Shown: positions 11,859 through 21,225 of the stretch, piece after piece
How the letters are laid out: the number at the start of each line of letters is the position of its first letter
Position numbering within the stretch: the stretch's first letter is position 1
DNA from: Terracidiphilus sp.
GTDB lineage: Bacteria > Acidobacteriota > Terriglobia > Terriglobales > Acidobacteriaceae
Assembly: GCA_049976805.1 (NCBI GenBank)
Contig: JBMFHN010000001.1
Span: 1,265 to 65,264, forward strand
Length of the DNA: 64,000 nt
Direction of reading: 5' to 3'
Notes under the pieces: model-generated
What the model was told of the DNA's origin: nothing
Seen by the model: only the letters and a program-made list of their open reading frames with translations
Database searches by the model: none
Translations under genes and position numbers: made by a program

Positions 11859-14294
11859 ATGAGGTTTGCGGTTCCCCCAGCCTCGGTTGCGCGACAGGCG
11901 CTTGGCTCCGCAGCCGTTCTGATTTTCCTGCTGCTGCTTCTTCCGCTGTCGCCGGGAGGCTGTTCCGGCGGATGGGCGATTGCACAGGCCAGTTCGCTCT
12001 CGTCGCAAAAGCACGCGAAGGCGCGCAAGAGCAGAAGAGAACACGCCGTCCGCCGGGCACACAACTCCCAGAGGCCGCGCCCGGAAAGCCGAAAGCTCCG
12101 CAGGAAAAGACGGCATCCTCACCGCGCCAGCCGCGCGGCGAGGCGGGCGCGCGCGGCGCGGATCAGGCAGGCTTTTGTGGCTTCGGCCGAATTGCGTCCC
12201 ATGGCCCAGCAACTGGCCCTGCTGCGCACCCCGGCGGCCTACGCCGGCGTGACAGCGTACGCACAGCGGCACAGGGGCGAGGCCGCAGCGGCGGCCTATC
12301 TGGCGCTGGGGCACGCCTGCCTGCTGGACAAACGCTACACGGAGGCGGCGGCGGACTTTCGCCGGGCGCGTCTGGCGGGCCGGGAACTGGCCGACTACGC
12401 TGATTTTCTGGGGGCGCGCGCCGATCAGGCTGCGGGCGACTACGCTGGCGCCGAGGCGCTGCTCGATGGCTTTGCCCGGCGCTACCCGGACAGCATTTTC
12501 GCCGACCAGGCGCCGGAGGTTGAGGCCAACGTGTTGCTGAGCATGAACGACGTGGCCGGCGCGCGGCGCGTGCTGGCGGAGGCCGAAGGCACCGACGCCG
12601 CCAACCGGCCCGGCTTCCAGCTTGTGGAGGCGCAGGTGGCGTTTCAGTTGAATGAGCCCGACGAGGCGGCGCGTATCGACAAGCAGCTTTTGCTGGACCA
12701 CCCGCTGAGTGTGGAGGCAAAGGCCGCCTGGGAGCGGCTGATCGACCTGGGCGCCGAAGCGAGCCTGACAACGGAAGAGAGGCGCGGCCTGGCCGACGCC
12801 TACTACCGCGCCGGCCGGTACGAAGAGGCGAGCGAACAATATCGTGCGCTGGCCGGGCAACAGGGATTGAGCACGGAGAGCCGCAACGAGTTTGCCGTGG
12901 CTGCGGCGGCCTGCGACCTGAAGTTGAAGCGGCTGACGGTCCAGCAAGCCGAAGCGCTGGCTGACACGAACGACGAAAGCGGCGCGCGCCGCCTGTACCT
13001 GCTGATGGAACTGGCGCGAAACCGCGGTGACCTGGATGCGCAACAACAGCTTGTCGCGGAGATGGAAACTAGATTCCCGCTCAGCCCGTGGCTGGCCGAA
13101 GCGCTCTATTCGAGCGGCAACCTCTACCTGCTGCGAAACGACGATCCGCGCGCGGTTGCGTATTACAGTGAATTGGCCAGCCGCTTCCCCGCCAGCCGGC
13201 ACGCGGCCAGCGCGCACTGGAGAGCCGCGTGGCTGAGCTATCGCCAGGGACTTTACGCCCAGGCTGCCGCTCTCTTTGACGAACAGATACGCCTTTACCC
13301 GGAGGCGAGCGAAACGGCCGCGGCCCTTTACTGGCGTGGGCGGCTCTATGAAACGCTCGATCATCGTCCGGACCTGGCCGCCGCCGATTACCAAGCCTTG
13401 GTGCGCGCCTACCGGCATTACTTTTACGCGCAGATGGCCCTCCGGCGGCTGGCCGCGCTGGGCAGTGCCGCATCGGGCGAGCCTGCGCGCTTTGCGCCGC
13501 AACTGAGCCGATTCAAGCCCTCGCCAGCCCCGCAACTTGCCGAGAGCTTCCCCGCCGACAGCCCGTACCTGGCCAAAGCGCGCCTGCTGGCCAACGCTGG
13601 TCTGAACGAGTACATCGCGCGGGAGATTGCCGCTGACCCGGACTCTGCCTCGTGGAGCGCGCTGGCCGAAGCGCAGATTTACGCCGCCGCCGGAGAGAAT
13701 TTCCGCGCCCTGCGCGCCATCCGGCGGGCATTGCCAGACGCCGCCACGGTTCCAATCCGATCGGTTCCGCTGGTCTACTGGCGCATTCTTTTCCCTGAGC
13801 CGTACTGGGATACGATTCGAACCGAGGCGGCCCGCAATGGACTCGATCCGTATCTGGTAGCCGCGCTGATCCGCCAGGAATCGGAGTTCAATCCCGCGGC
13901 TGTTTCCTATGCCAACGCCTACGGATTGATGCAGTTGCTGCCCTCGGTTGGCCGGGCAATGGCGCGCCAGCAAGGATTGTCCTCTTTCAAAACCTATCAA
14001 CTGCTCGACCCGGCGACCAACATCCGCCTGGGAACCCGCTACCTGGGCCAGTTGCTGAATAAATTCGGCGGCGTGAGCGAGTATGCGCTGGCCGCCTACA
14101 ATGCGGGCGACGAGCGCGTGGTGGCCTGGCAGGCCGCAGGCCCGTATCAGGGCATCGACGAGTTTGTGGAGTCGATACCTTTCAGCCAGACGCGCAACTA
14201 CGTCAAGAACATTCTCTGCAACATCGAAATCTACCGGGAGATCGACGCGCCGACCGCAGTTCCGAACGAGGCCCGGACAGACACCGGCCAGTAA
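11859..14294 (+). CDS. slt: Soluble lytic murein transglycosylase (Slt70-like, TPR-rich N-terminus plus SLT domain)
   Basis: SLT catalytic region LVAALIRQESEFNPAAVSYANAYGLMQLLPSVG...AAYNAGDERV, with a signal-like N-terminus. Confidence 0.85.
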   Translation: MRFAVPPASVARQALGSAAVLIFLLLLLPLSPGGCSGGWAIAQASSLSSQKHAKARKSRREHAVRRAHNSQRPRPESRKLRRKRRHPHRASRAARRARAARIRQAFVASAELRPMAQQLALLRTPAAYAGVTAYAQRHRGEAAAAAYLALGHACLLDKRYTEAAADFRRARLAGRELADYADFLGARADQAAGDYAGAEALLDGFARRYPDSIFADQAPEVEANVLLSMNDVAGARRVLAEAEGTDAANRPGFQLVEAQVAFQLNEPDEAARIDKQLLLDHPLSVEAKAAWERLIDLGAEASLTTEERRGLADAYYRAGRYEEASEQYRALAGQQGLSTESRNEFAVAAAACDLKLKRLTVQQAEALADTNDESGARRLYLLMELARNRGDLDAQQQLVAEMETRFPLSPWLAEALYSSGNLYLLRNDDPRAVAYYSELASRFPASRHAASAHWRAAWLSYRQGLYAQAAALFDEQIRLYPEASETAAALYWRGRLYETLDHRPDLAAADYQALVRAYRHYFYAQMALRRLAALGSAASGEPARFAPQLSRFKPSPAPQLAESFPADSPYLAKARLLANAGLNEYIAREIAADPDSASWSALAEAQIYAAAGENFRALRAIRRALPDAATVPIRSVPLVYWRILFPEPYWDTIRTEAARNGLDPYLVAALIRQESEFNPAAVSYANAYGLMQLLPSVGRAMARQQGLSSFKTYQLLDPATNIRLGTRYLGQLLNKFGGVSEYALAAYNAGDERVVAWQAAGPYQGIDEFVESIPFSQTRNYVKNILCNIEIYREIDAPTAVPNEARTDTGQ

Positions 14295-14491
14295 AGCGGA
14301 TTTTGCACTGGCGGAGGCGGCCGGAGCTGTTTCCCATCCCCGTAGCCGCGATTCTGGTTGACTTGATCGAGCGGCGCTCCCACACTGGATTGTGAACGGA
14401 GACGTCCAAAACTCCGTGGAGCCATTCGCAGCCTGCTGTTGTTGCACGACCGGAGAGCGGTAAGCCACCACCCTCCGCGACTTCCGATTCG

Positions 14492-14767
14492 ATGGAGGGC
14501 AGCATGTCAGCTGATTTGCAGTTTCTCGAAGAGTGGATTCCAGAAAGAATGGACCCGGGAACGATTTTTGTCCTGACCGGCCAAGTGAAGATGGGGCAAA
14601 CGCAGGATCCGTTTGTGGCCGTCATGTCCTGTCCCCGCTGCGGAACCATCGGCTTGATCACGCGCCGGCAACTGTGCGGCGGCAAAACGATGATCTGCGG
14701 TGGAAACCTCTGTTCGGCCGAATACCGGCTGGAGGGAGAAGCCATCCGCTTCCGGCCGGCGCAATAG
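14492..14767 (+). CDS. Small Cys-rich hypothetical protein (zinc-ribbon-like)
   Basis: 91 aa with CPRCG...CGGKTMICGGNLC. No family recognised. It sits alone between convergent and divergent neighbours. Confidence 0.4.
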   Translation: MEGSMSADLQFLEEWIPERMDPGTIFVLTGQVKMGQTQDPFVAVMSCPRCGTIGLITRRQLCGGKTMICGGNLCSAEYRLEGEAIRFRPAQ

Positions 14768-14854
14768 ACAGAGGCAATGGCGGCAGCGCGGAACGAGGCG
14801 GAATGATCCCCCGGTTGCCGGAAGGCGATGGCCGCGTTTGAATTTGGACCCATT

Positions 14855-14871
14855 CGCGCGAATTTCGCGCG
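14855..14871. promoter_or_regulatory. Perfect 17-nt palindrome upstream of the transcarboxylase operon
   Basis: CGCGCGAA-T-TTCGCGCG, read directly from the sequence, about 160 nt upstream of the ATG at 15029. Confidence 0.25.
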
Positions 14872-15028
14872 GAGACGAAGAAAGACCCTCCGCGCACAAC
14901 CGAGGCCGCTTTACCGCATTGCGGTAGGACGCTCTCATTCAGCAGGATGGCTTCAGGTGTGTGCTCAAGCTCACGAACACCGGCGGCGTCCGCGGATTAC
15001 CATGATCTCAGATTGAAGGGAGTCATAA

Positions 15029-16534
15029 ATGCCCCGAGTTATTGAAGTCACAGAGCTCGCGCTTCGCGACGCGCATCAGAGTTTGTTCGCAACCCGGATG
15101 GCCCTGGACGACATGATCCCGGTTTGCGAAGACATCGACAATGCCGGCTATTGGTCGGTGGAATGCTGGGGAGGAGCAACCTTCGATTCCTGCATTCGCT
15201 TTTTGAATGAAGACCCCTGGGAGCGGCTGCGCACTTTCCGCAAGCTGATGCCCAAAAGCCGCCTGCAGATGCTGCTGCGCGGCCAGAACCTGCTGGGATA
15301 CCGGCATTACGAAGACGGAGTTGTGGAACGGTTTGTGGAGAAGGCCGCTGCGAACGGGATGGACGTCTTCCGTGTCTTTGACGCCCTGAACGACGTGCGC
15401 AACCTGAAGACCAGCATTGCCGCGGTCAAGAAGACCGGCAAGCACGCGCAGGGCACCATCTGTTACACCGTCAGCCCGCTGCACACCGTCGATGCATTTG
15501 TGGAGATGGCCGCCCAGTTGCAGGAGATGGGATGCGATTCGATCTGCATCAAGGATATGGCCGCGCTGCTCAAGCCGCAGCCCGCGTATGACCTGGTCAA
15601 GGGCATCAAGAAGAGATGCGGCAAGGAGATGCCGGTGCATGTCCACGTGCATGCCACGACCGGCGTTACCCTGGTTTCCCTGATGAAGGCGATCGAGGCC
15701 GGCTGCGACATCGTGGACACGGCGGTCAGCTCCATGTCTCTCGGACCGGGGCATAATCCGACGGAAAGCCTGGTCGAGCTGCTGGAAGGAACCGGTTTTG
15801 AGACGCGCCTTGATCTGGAAAGGATTGCGCACGTATCGAAGCACTTTGCCACGATTCGTCCGCGCTATCGCGAGTTCTTCAGCGAAAACATGGGCGTGGA
15901 TACGGCGATCTTCAAGAGCCAGATTCCGGGTGGCATGATCTCCAACATGGAAAGCCAGCTCAAAGGACAGGGCGCGGGCGACCGTCTGCAGGAGGTTCTG
16001 GCGGAGGTGCCGAATGTCCGCAGGGATAGCGGGTATCCTCCCTTGGTCACGCCCTCCAGCCAGATTGTCGGCTCGCAGGCCGTCTTCAATGTGCTGATGG
16101 GCAAGTACAAGGTGCTCACCGGAGAGTTTTCCGATCTGATGCTGGGTTACTACGGCAGCACGATCGGCGAGAAGAACGCCGAGGTGCTCAAACAGGCCGA
16201 GGCTCATGCGAAAAAACCCGCGATTACCTGCCGTCCCGCGGACCTGCTGAAGCCGGAGTGGGAGAATCTGAGCGTCGCGGCGAAGGCGCTCGAAGGCAAC
16301 AATGGATCGGACGAGGATGTTCTGACCTACGCCATGTTCCCGCAGGTGGCGCCGAAGTTCTTCAAGACGCGTCCGGAAGGCCGCAAGAATCTGGGCAAGG
16401 ACCCAGCCAGAGCCAAGGCCGCAGAATCGAAACAGCAGGCCGGCAGCGGCGGAAAACAACTGAGCGCCAAGGTGAACTACGTCATCACGCTCAACGGCCA
16501 GGAGCACCGGGTAACCGTGGCTCCGACAGACTAA
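15029..16534 (+). CDS. Methylmalonyl-CoA carboxyltransferase 5S subunit (pyruvate/oxaloacetate carboxyltransferase, no biotinyl domain)
   Basis: ELALRDAHQSLFATRMA, GYWSVECWGGATFDSCIRFLNEDPWERLRTFRKLMP and SQIPGGMISNMESQL. It is very close over its full length to the Propionibacterium transcarboxylase 5S sequence as I recall it. The C terminus lacks an AMKM biotin motif. Confidence 0.9.
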   Translation: MPRVIEVTELALRDAHQSLFATRMALDDMIPVCEDIDNAGYWSVECWGGATFDSCIRFLNEDPWERLRTFRKLMPKSRLQMLLRGQNLLGYRHYEDGVVERFVEKAAANGMDVFRVFDALNDVRNLKTSIAAVKKTGKHAQGTICYTVSPLHTVDAFVEMAAQLQEMGCDSICIKDMAALLKPQPAYDLVKGIKKRCGKEMPVHVHVHATTGVTLVSLMKAIEAGCDIVDTAVSSMSLGPGHNPTESLVELLEGTGFETRLDLERIAHVSKHFATIRPRYREFFSENMGVDTAIFKSQIPGGMISNMESQLKGQGAGDRLQEVLAEVPNVRRDSGYPPLVTPSSQIVGSQAVFNVLMGKYKVLTGEFSDLMLGYYGSTIGEKNAEVLKQAEAHAKKPAITCRPADLLKPEWENLSVAAKALEGNNGSDEDVLTYAMFPQVAPKFFKTRPEGRKNLGKDPARAKAAESKQQAGSGGKQLSAKVNYVITLNGQEHRVTVAPTD

Positions 16535-16567
16535 AACAGATTCACAGCGGCAGTTTCAGGAGCAGGG

Positions 16568-18145
16568 ATGGCTAAGGCTAAACAAGCAGAGAGTCCGAAG
16601 AAGACGATGGCCGACAAGATTTCCGGTCTGAAAGCGAAGCGGGCCGAGCTTGAACTCGGCGGCGGCGAGGAACGCATCAAGAAACAGCACGAGGGCGGCA
16701 AGCTCACGGCGAGGGAGCGGGTTGCCCTGCTGGCGGATCCCGGCAGTTTCCAGGAGATGGGACTTTTCGCCACCCATCGCGCGACCTTTTTCGGAATGGC
16801 CGGCAAGCAGATGCCGGCCGATGGCGTGGTGACCGGGTGCGCAAACGTGGACGGACGCCAGGTGCATCTGGCCAGCCAGGACTTCACCGTGGCGGGCGGA
16901 GCGGCCGGCGAGACGCACAGCGACAAAGTGGTTGACATGATGCGGTTGTCGCTCAAGACAGGGAGCCCGTTCGTCTTTATCAACGACTCGGGCGGCGCCC
17001 GCGTCCAGGAGGGCATCGACAGCCTGGCCGGATACGCCCGCGTCTTTTATAACAACGTGATGCTGTCCGGATCGGTGCCGCAGATTTCGATCATCTGCGG
17101 ACCCTGCGCCGGGGGCGCCGTGTACAGCCCGGCGCTGACCGACTTTATCATCCAGACCGAGCAGGCGCGGATGTTCATCACCGGACCCCTGGTGATCAAG
17201 CAGGTCACCGGCGAGGTGGTTACCGCCGAGGAACTGGGCGGACCGCACGCGCACATGGAGAAATCGGGCGTGATTCATCTGGTTGCCCGCGACGACCAGG
17301 ACGCGCTTTACCTTTGCCGGCGGCTGCTCAGCTTCATGCCCTCGAACAATCTGGAAGATCCGCCGCGCGCGCCCTACAATCTGCCGATCGACTCCGATCC
17401 GGAGTTGAACGAGATTGTCCCGGTCGATCCCAAGATCGCCTACGATGTGCGCCAGGTGATCACGCGCGTTCTCGATTATCAGGATTTCTTCGAGATCCAG
17501 TCTGGCTACGCGACCAACGTGGTCATCGGCTTCGGGCGCCTGCAGGGCCGTCCGGTGGGCATTATTGCCAGCCAGCCCTGTGTGCTCTCCGGCGTGCTGG
17601 ACATCAACGCCTCGGACAAGGCCGCGCGGTTTGTCCGCTTCTGCAATGCCTTCAACATTCCTCTGGTCACCTTCGTTGATGTGCCGGGATTTCTTCCCGG
17701 GGTCGATCAGGAGAGTGGCGGCATCATCCGCCACGGCGCCAAGCTGCTGTTTGCCTACTCGGCGGCGACGGTTCCAAAGGTCACCGTGGTTCTGCGCAAA
17801 GCCTACGGCGGCGCGTATATCGCGATGTGCAGCAAGGACCTGGGCGCGGACCGGGTGTTGGCATGGCCATCGGCCGAAATCGCGGTGATGGGCGCCGAGG
17901 GCGCAGCGGAAATCGTTTTCCGGCGCGAGATCGACGCGGCCGAGGACAAGGCCAGCCGCCGTCAGGAACTGGTCACCGAGTATCGGGAGACGTTTTCCAA
18001 CCCCTTTGTCGCGGCCGGCCGGCGGCTGGTGGACGACATCATCGAGCCGGCCGAAACCAGGAAATATCTGGTCGCGGCACTGGAATCCTTGCACACCAAG
18101 CGCGAGTTGCGTCCCACAAAGAAGCATGGATTGATTCCTTTATGA
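16568..18145 (+). CDS. Methylmalonyl-CoA carboxyltransferase 12S subunit / propionyl-CoA carboxylase beta family
   Basis: Crotonase-like carboxyltransferase: GKLTARERVALLADPGSF, INDSGGARVQEG, GPCAGGAVYSPALTDF, VDVPGFLPG. Confidence 0.9.
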   Translation: MAKAKQAESPKKTMADKISGLKAKRAELELGGGEERIKKQHEGGKLTARERVALLADPGSFQEMGLFATHRATFFGMAGKQMPADGVVTGCANVDGRQVHLASQDFTVAGGAAGETHSDKVVDMMRLSLKTGSPFVFINDSGGARVQEGIDSLAGYARVFYNNVMLSGSVPQISIICGPCAGGAVYSPALTDFIIQTEQARMFITGPLVIKQVTGEVVTAEELGGPHAHMEKSGVIHLVARDDQDALYLCRRLLSFMPSNNLEDPPRAPYNLPIDSDPELNEIVPVDPKIAYDVRQVITRVLDYQDFFEIQSGYATNVVIGFGRLQGRPVGIIASQPCVLSGVLDINASDKAARFVRFCNAFNIPLVTFVDVPGFLPGVDQESGGIIRHGAKLLFAYSAATVPKVTVVLRKAYGGAYIAMCSKDLGADRVLAWPSAEIAVMGAEGAAEIVFRREIDAAEDKASRRQELVTEYRETFSNPFVAAGRRLVDDIIEPAETRKYLVAALESLHTKRELRPTKKHGLIPL

Positions 18146-18158
18146 GGAGGAGCTGCGC

Positions 18159-18503
18159 GTGACATCAAATGTGACGGATTTGGTTCGGGCCGTTTCCGAA
18201 CAGCAACAAGCAACGGACCGCCAGTTGAACGCGCTGACCAGCGCGCTCCAGACATTGGAGGCGCGCGTGGCCGAGTTGAGCCTGCGTCTGGAGGCTGCAA
18301 CGCAGGCGGTCCAAAAGGAGAAAGACGAGGTCACGCCGGAGGTTTTGGCGATGATGGCTGCGGTCGTCACGGCCTATCTGGGCAAGAAGGTCCGCATCCG
18401 CTCGGCGAAGATGCTCCAGTCGCCTTACGAGGTGGTGAATCCATGGTCCCAGCAGGGCAGGGTGTTCGTGCAGGCCTCGCATAACCTGCGACCGAGGGGC
18501 TGA
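18159..18503 (+). CDS. Small subunit-like protein, OadG/MmdD-related C-terminus with a coiled-coil N-terminus and no TM helix
   Basis: 114 aa. The C-terminal TPEVLAMMAAVVTAYLGKKVRIRS...NPWSQQGR resembles the tail of decarboxylase gamma/delta subunits. It lies between the 12S and biotin-carrier genes. The family assignment is from memory only. Confidence 0.5.
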   Translation: MTSNVTDLVRAVSEQQQATDRQLNALTSALQTLEARVAELSLRLEAATQAVQKEKDEVTPEVLAMMAAVVTAYLGKKVRIRSAKMLQSPYEVVNPWSQQGRVFVQASHNLRPRG

Positions 18504-18539
18504 GGCACGGAAAGGCCAATCGAGAAAGGGAGGGGTAAT

Positions 18540-18941
18540 TTGAAGCTGAAGATTTCAATGGACGGCAAGAGTTACGAGGCCGAGGTTGAGGTCCTCGAAG
18601 ATGACGCGATTCCGCACCAGCCGAATTATGGACCGTACATGGCGATGCCCACGACCATCCAATCAGCGCCGGTGGCCAGCGCGCCCGCACCGGCGCCGGC
18701 AAAAGCGGCGGAGGAGTTCGCTGACGAAGGCAAGGTCTGCCGCAGTCCGGTTACAGGCGTCGTGATCAAGGTGAATATCGAGCCGGGGCAGACGATTCAA
18801 TCGGACGATCTGCTCATGGTGCTTGAAGCCATGAAGATGGAGACCAATGTCACCGCGTGCGGCAGTGGAAAAGTGAAGAATGTGCGCGTGGCGCAGGGCG
18901 ACTCGGTAAAGGTCAATCAGGTGGTTGTTGAATTTGAATGA
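18540..18941 (+). CDS. Biotin carboxyl carrier protein (transcarboxylase 1.3S-like)
   Basis: 133 aa with the biotinylation motif LEAMKMET. TTG start. Confidence 0.9.
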   Translation: MKLKISMDGKSYEAEVEVLEDDAIPHQPNYGPYMAMPTTIQSAPVASAPAPAPAKAAEEFADEGKVCRSPVTGVVIKVNIEPGQTIQSDDLLMVLEAMKMETNVTACGSGKVKNVRVAQGDSVKVNQVVVEFE

Positions 18942-18942
18942 T

Positions 18943-18977
18943 CCAGAGCCGGCCGGTGGCTGGCTCCGGGTTCTTTT
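18943..18977 (+). terminator. Rho-independent terminator-like hairpin after the biotin carrier gene
   Basis: CCAGAGCCGGCC-GGT-GGCTGGCTCCGG, a 12-bp stem with one mismatch and one G-U pair, followed by GTTCTTTT. Confidence 0.4.
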
Positions 18978-18992
18978 GGGGAAGGGGTTACG

Positions 18993-19469
18993 ATGAGCTG
19001 TGTCGATGAGGATGTAAAGCAAGTTCCGGGAATCAAATTCGTGGATCACGTCGCCATCTCCGTCAAGCAGGGCGAACTGGAAGGCCAGGTGAAGGCTTAC
19101 GGGATGCTGGGCTTTCGCGAAGTTCACCGCGAAGATGTTCTGGGGGGCGATCAGGTGCGGGAAGTCCTGCTGCGGGTCGGCGACGGCCCTAACCTGGTGC
19201 AGTTGCTCGAGCCCCTGACGGCGGATTCGCCGGTGCAGAAATTGATCGAGAAGAACGGCGGCAGGGGCGGACTGGCACACATCGCTTTTCGCGTCGAAAA
19301 CGCCCGGGAAGCCTTCGACGCGATGAAAGCCAGAGGATTCCAGATCATCGACAAGTCTCCCCGCAAAGGCTCGCGAGGAACCACGGTCTTTTTCGTTCAT
19401 CCCAAATCACAGGTCGAGAATCCCTTTGGAATTCTGATCGAAATCGTCGAAGACCCCGAGGGCAAGTGA
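18993..19469 (+). CDS. mce: Methylmalonyl-CoA epimerase (VOC/glyoxalase fold)
   Basis: DHVAISV...LLEPLTADSPVQKLIEKNGGRGGLAHIAFRVEN...GILIEIVE, and its position directly upstream of the mutase genes. Confidence 0.85.
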   Translation: MSCVDEDVKQVPGIKFVDHVAISVKQGELEGQVKAYGMLGFREVHREDVLGGDQVREVLLRVGDGPNLVQLLEPLTADSPVQKLIEKNGGRGGLAHIAFRVENAREAFDAMKARGFQIIDKSPRKGSRGTTVFFVHPKSQVENPFGILIEIVEDPEGK

Positions 19470-19474
19470 GGAAC

Positions 19475-21223
19475 ATGGCTACCGATCATCTGCTCCAGGA
19501 ATTTCCTCCCGTCAGCACCGAAATGTGGGAAGAGGTGATCCGCAAGGATCTGAAGGGCGCCGACTACGCCCGGAAGCTGATCTGGAAGGCGGAGGAAGGG
19601 CTCGCAGTCAAGCCTTATTATCGCGCCGAAGACATTGCCGGGCTGGAATATCTGGCTGCCGCGCCCGGCACCTACCCCTATGCGCGCGGCGCGCGCGCGG
19701 CCGGTGGCTGGCGCATCCGCGAAGAGATCGATGCGGCGAGTCCCGAAGAGGCCAACCGGGCGGCGCGCAACGCCATCCAGGCCGGAGCCGAGGAGATTGC
19801 GTTTACCCAGGCCGACATTCAGAGTGCCGCGGAACTGGAAACGCTTCTCGCCCAGCTGGACGAGATTCCCGTGCATTTCGAGCAGGCAGACGAACCGCTG
19901 CTGCGCCTGCTGATGGAGAGGCTGAAACGGAAACCGAGGACGGCGATGGTTTCGACCGGATGGAATCCTTTGGCTCATCCGGATTTCGCGGCGGAAGTCG
20001 CCGCTTCGGCGCTGCCCTGGTTCATTCCCTTCACCCTGCATGGCGAAGAGTTCGAGGAATCGGGCGCAACCGCCGTTCAAGAGGTCGGATTCACGCTGGC
20101 CGCCGGGGTTGATTATCTGGCCGCCCTCGAAGACCGCAAGGTCGATGCCGATCGCGCCGCCGCAGCGGTCGCCTTTTCCTTTGCCATGGGCACCAGCTAC
20201 TTCTTTCAGATTGCCAAGCTGCGCGCCTTCCGCATGGCGTGGGCGCAGGCCGCAGCCAGCTTCGGCGGCAGCAGGGAGGCCGCGAAAGCGCGCATCTACG
20301 CCCGCACCTCGCGGTGGAGCGAGACCCTCTACGATCCGCACGTCAACATTCTGCGCGCGACGACGGAAGCCATGGCGGCGGTTCTGGGCGGCGCAGATTC
20401 GGTCACGGTCGCGCCCTTCGATGAATGTTACAGGTCGCCCGACGAGGCCAGCCGCCGTCTGGCCCGCAATACGCAGATCATTCTGAAGCAGGAAGCCCTG
20501 CTCGCGCGGGTTGCCGATCCCGGCGGCGGGGCGTATTGCCTGGAGGCGATCACCGATTTTCTGGCCCGCGCAGGCTGGAAATCGATGCAGGAGATCGAAG
20601 CCGCAGGCGGCTATGCCGAGGCCAAGGCAGCAGGAACGATCGACAAGGAGCTCGCGCAGTCGCAGGCTGCCAAGGAAAAGGCCGTGTCGAGCCGCCGCCG
20701 CGCATTCACCGGGACCAACCAGCATCCGAATCTGCTGGAAAAGGCTCTCGATCGCATCGATGTTGCGCGCCTCGAAAGCCGGCAGCGCGGCGCCCGGATG
20801 TACGAGCAGCTTCGCCTGCGCACCGAGCGCAGCGCGGCCAAAACCGGCAGGACGCCGCACATTCTGCTCGCCGAGATCGGCGACGCCAGGATGCGCGCGG
20901 CGCGCTCCGGCTTTGCTGCCGACTTCTTTGGCTGCGCGGGATTCGATCTGAAGACCGGGCGTTTTTCGAGCGTCGAAGAAATTGCCACCGCCGAGGCGGA
21001 CCTGATCGTGCTCTGCAGCTCCGATGCGGAGTATCCGGGGCTGGCAGCGGAACTGATTCCGAAACTGAAGGCGCGGGGGCGCGAGACCCCGGTGATCGTG
21101 GCCGGAGCGCCGGAAACCACCGCTCAACTCGAGGCGGCCGGTGTCGCCGATTTTGTTCACGTGCGCAGCAATCCGATCGAACTTCTTGCCAAATGGCAGC
21201 AACGACTGGGGATCAAGGACTAA
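19475..21223 (+). CDS. mutA: Methylmalonyl-CoA mutase small (beta) subunit
   Basis: Mutase-fold N-terminal region ([14 protein letters not shown]) and a degenerate B12-domain C-terminus. It ends 2 nt before mutB. The track start GTG at 19466 is an alternative. Confidence 0.85.
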   Translation: MATDHLLQEFPPVSTEMWEEVIRKDLKGADYARKLIWKAEEGLAVKPYYRAEDIAGLEYLAAAPGTYPYARGARAAGGWRIREEIDAASPEEANRAARNAIQAGAEEIAFTQADIQSAAELETLLAQLDEIPVHFEQADEPLLRLLMERLKRKPRTAMVSTGWNPLAHPDFAAEVAASALPWFIPFTLHGEEFEESGATAVQEVGFTLAAGVDYLAALEDRKVDADRAAAAVAFSFAMGTSYFFQIAKLRAFRMAWAQAAASFGGSREAAKARIYARTSRWSETLYDPHVNILRATTEAMAAVLGGADSVTVAPFDECYRSPDEASRRLARNTQIILKQEALLARVADPGGGAYCLEAITDFLARAGWKSMQEIEAAGGYAEAKAAGTIDKELAQSQAAKEKAVSSRRRAFTGTNQHPNLLEKALDRIDVARLESRQRGARMYEQLRLRTERSAAKTGRTPHILLAEIGDARMRAARSGFAADFFGCAGFDLKTGRFSSVEEIATAEADLIVLCSSDAEYPGLAAELIPKLKARGRETPVIVAGAPETTAQLEAAGVADFVHVRSNPIELLAKWQQRLGIKD

Positions 21224-21225
21224 CA

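Noticed and set aside
11616-14471. 951-aa ORF antisense to the lytic transglycosylase gene, the longest such ORF in this part of the window
   Set aside because: Its product is extremely Arg/Gly/Ala-rich with no motifs, and it spans the sigma gene end and an intergenic region. The plus strand has a clear SLT domain. This is the classic stop-codon-poor antisense frame of high-GC genes.
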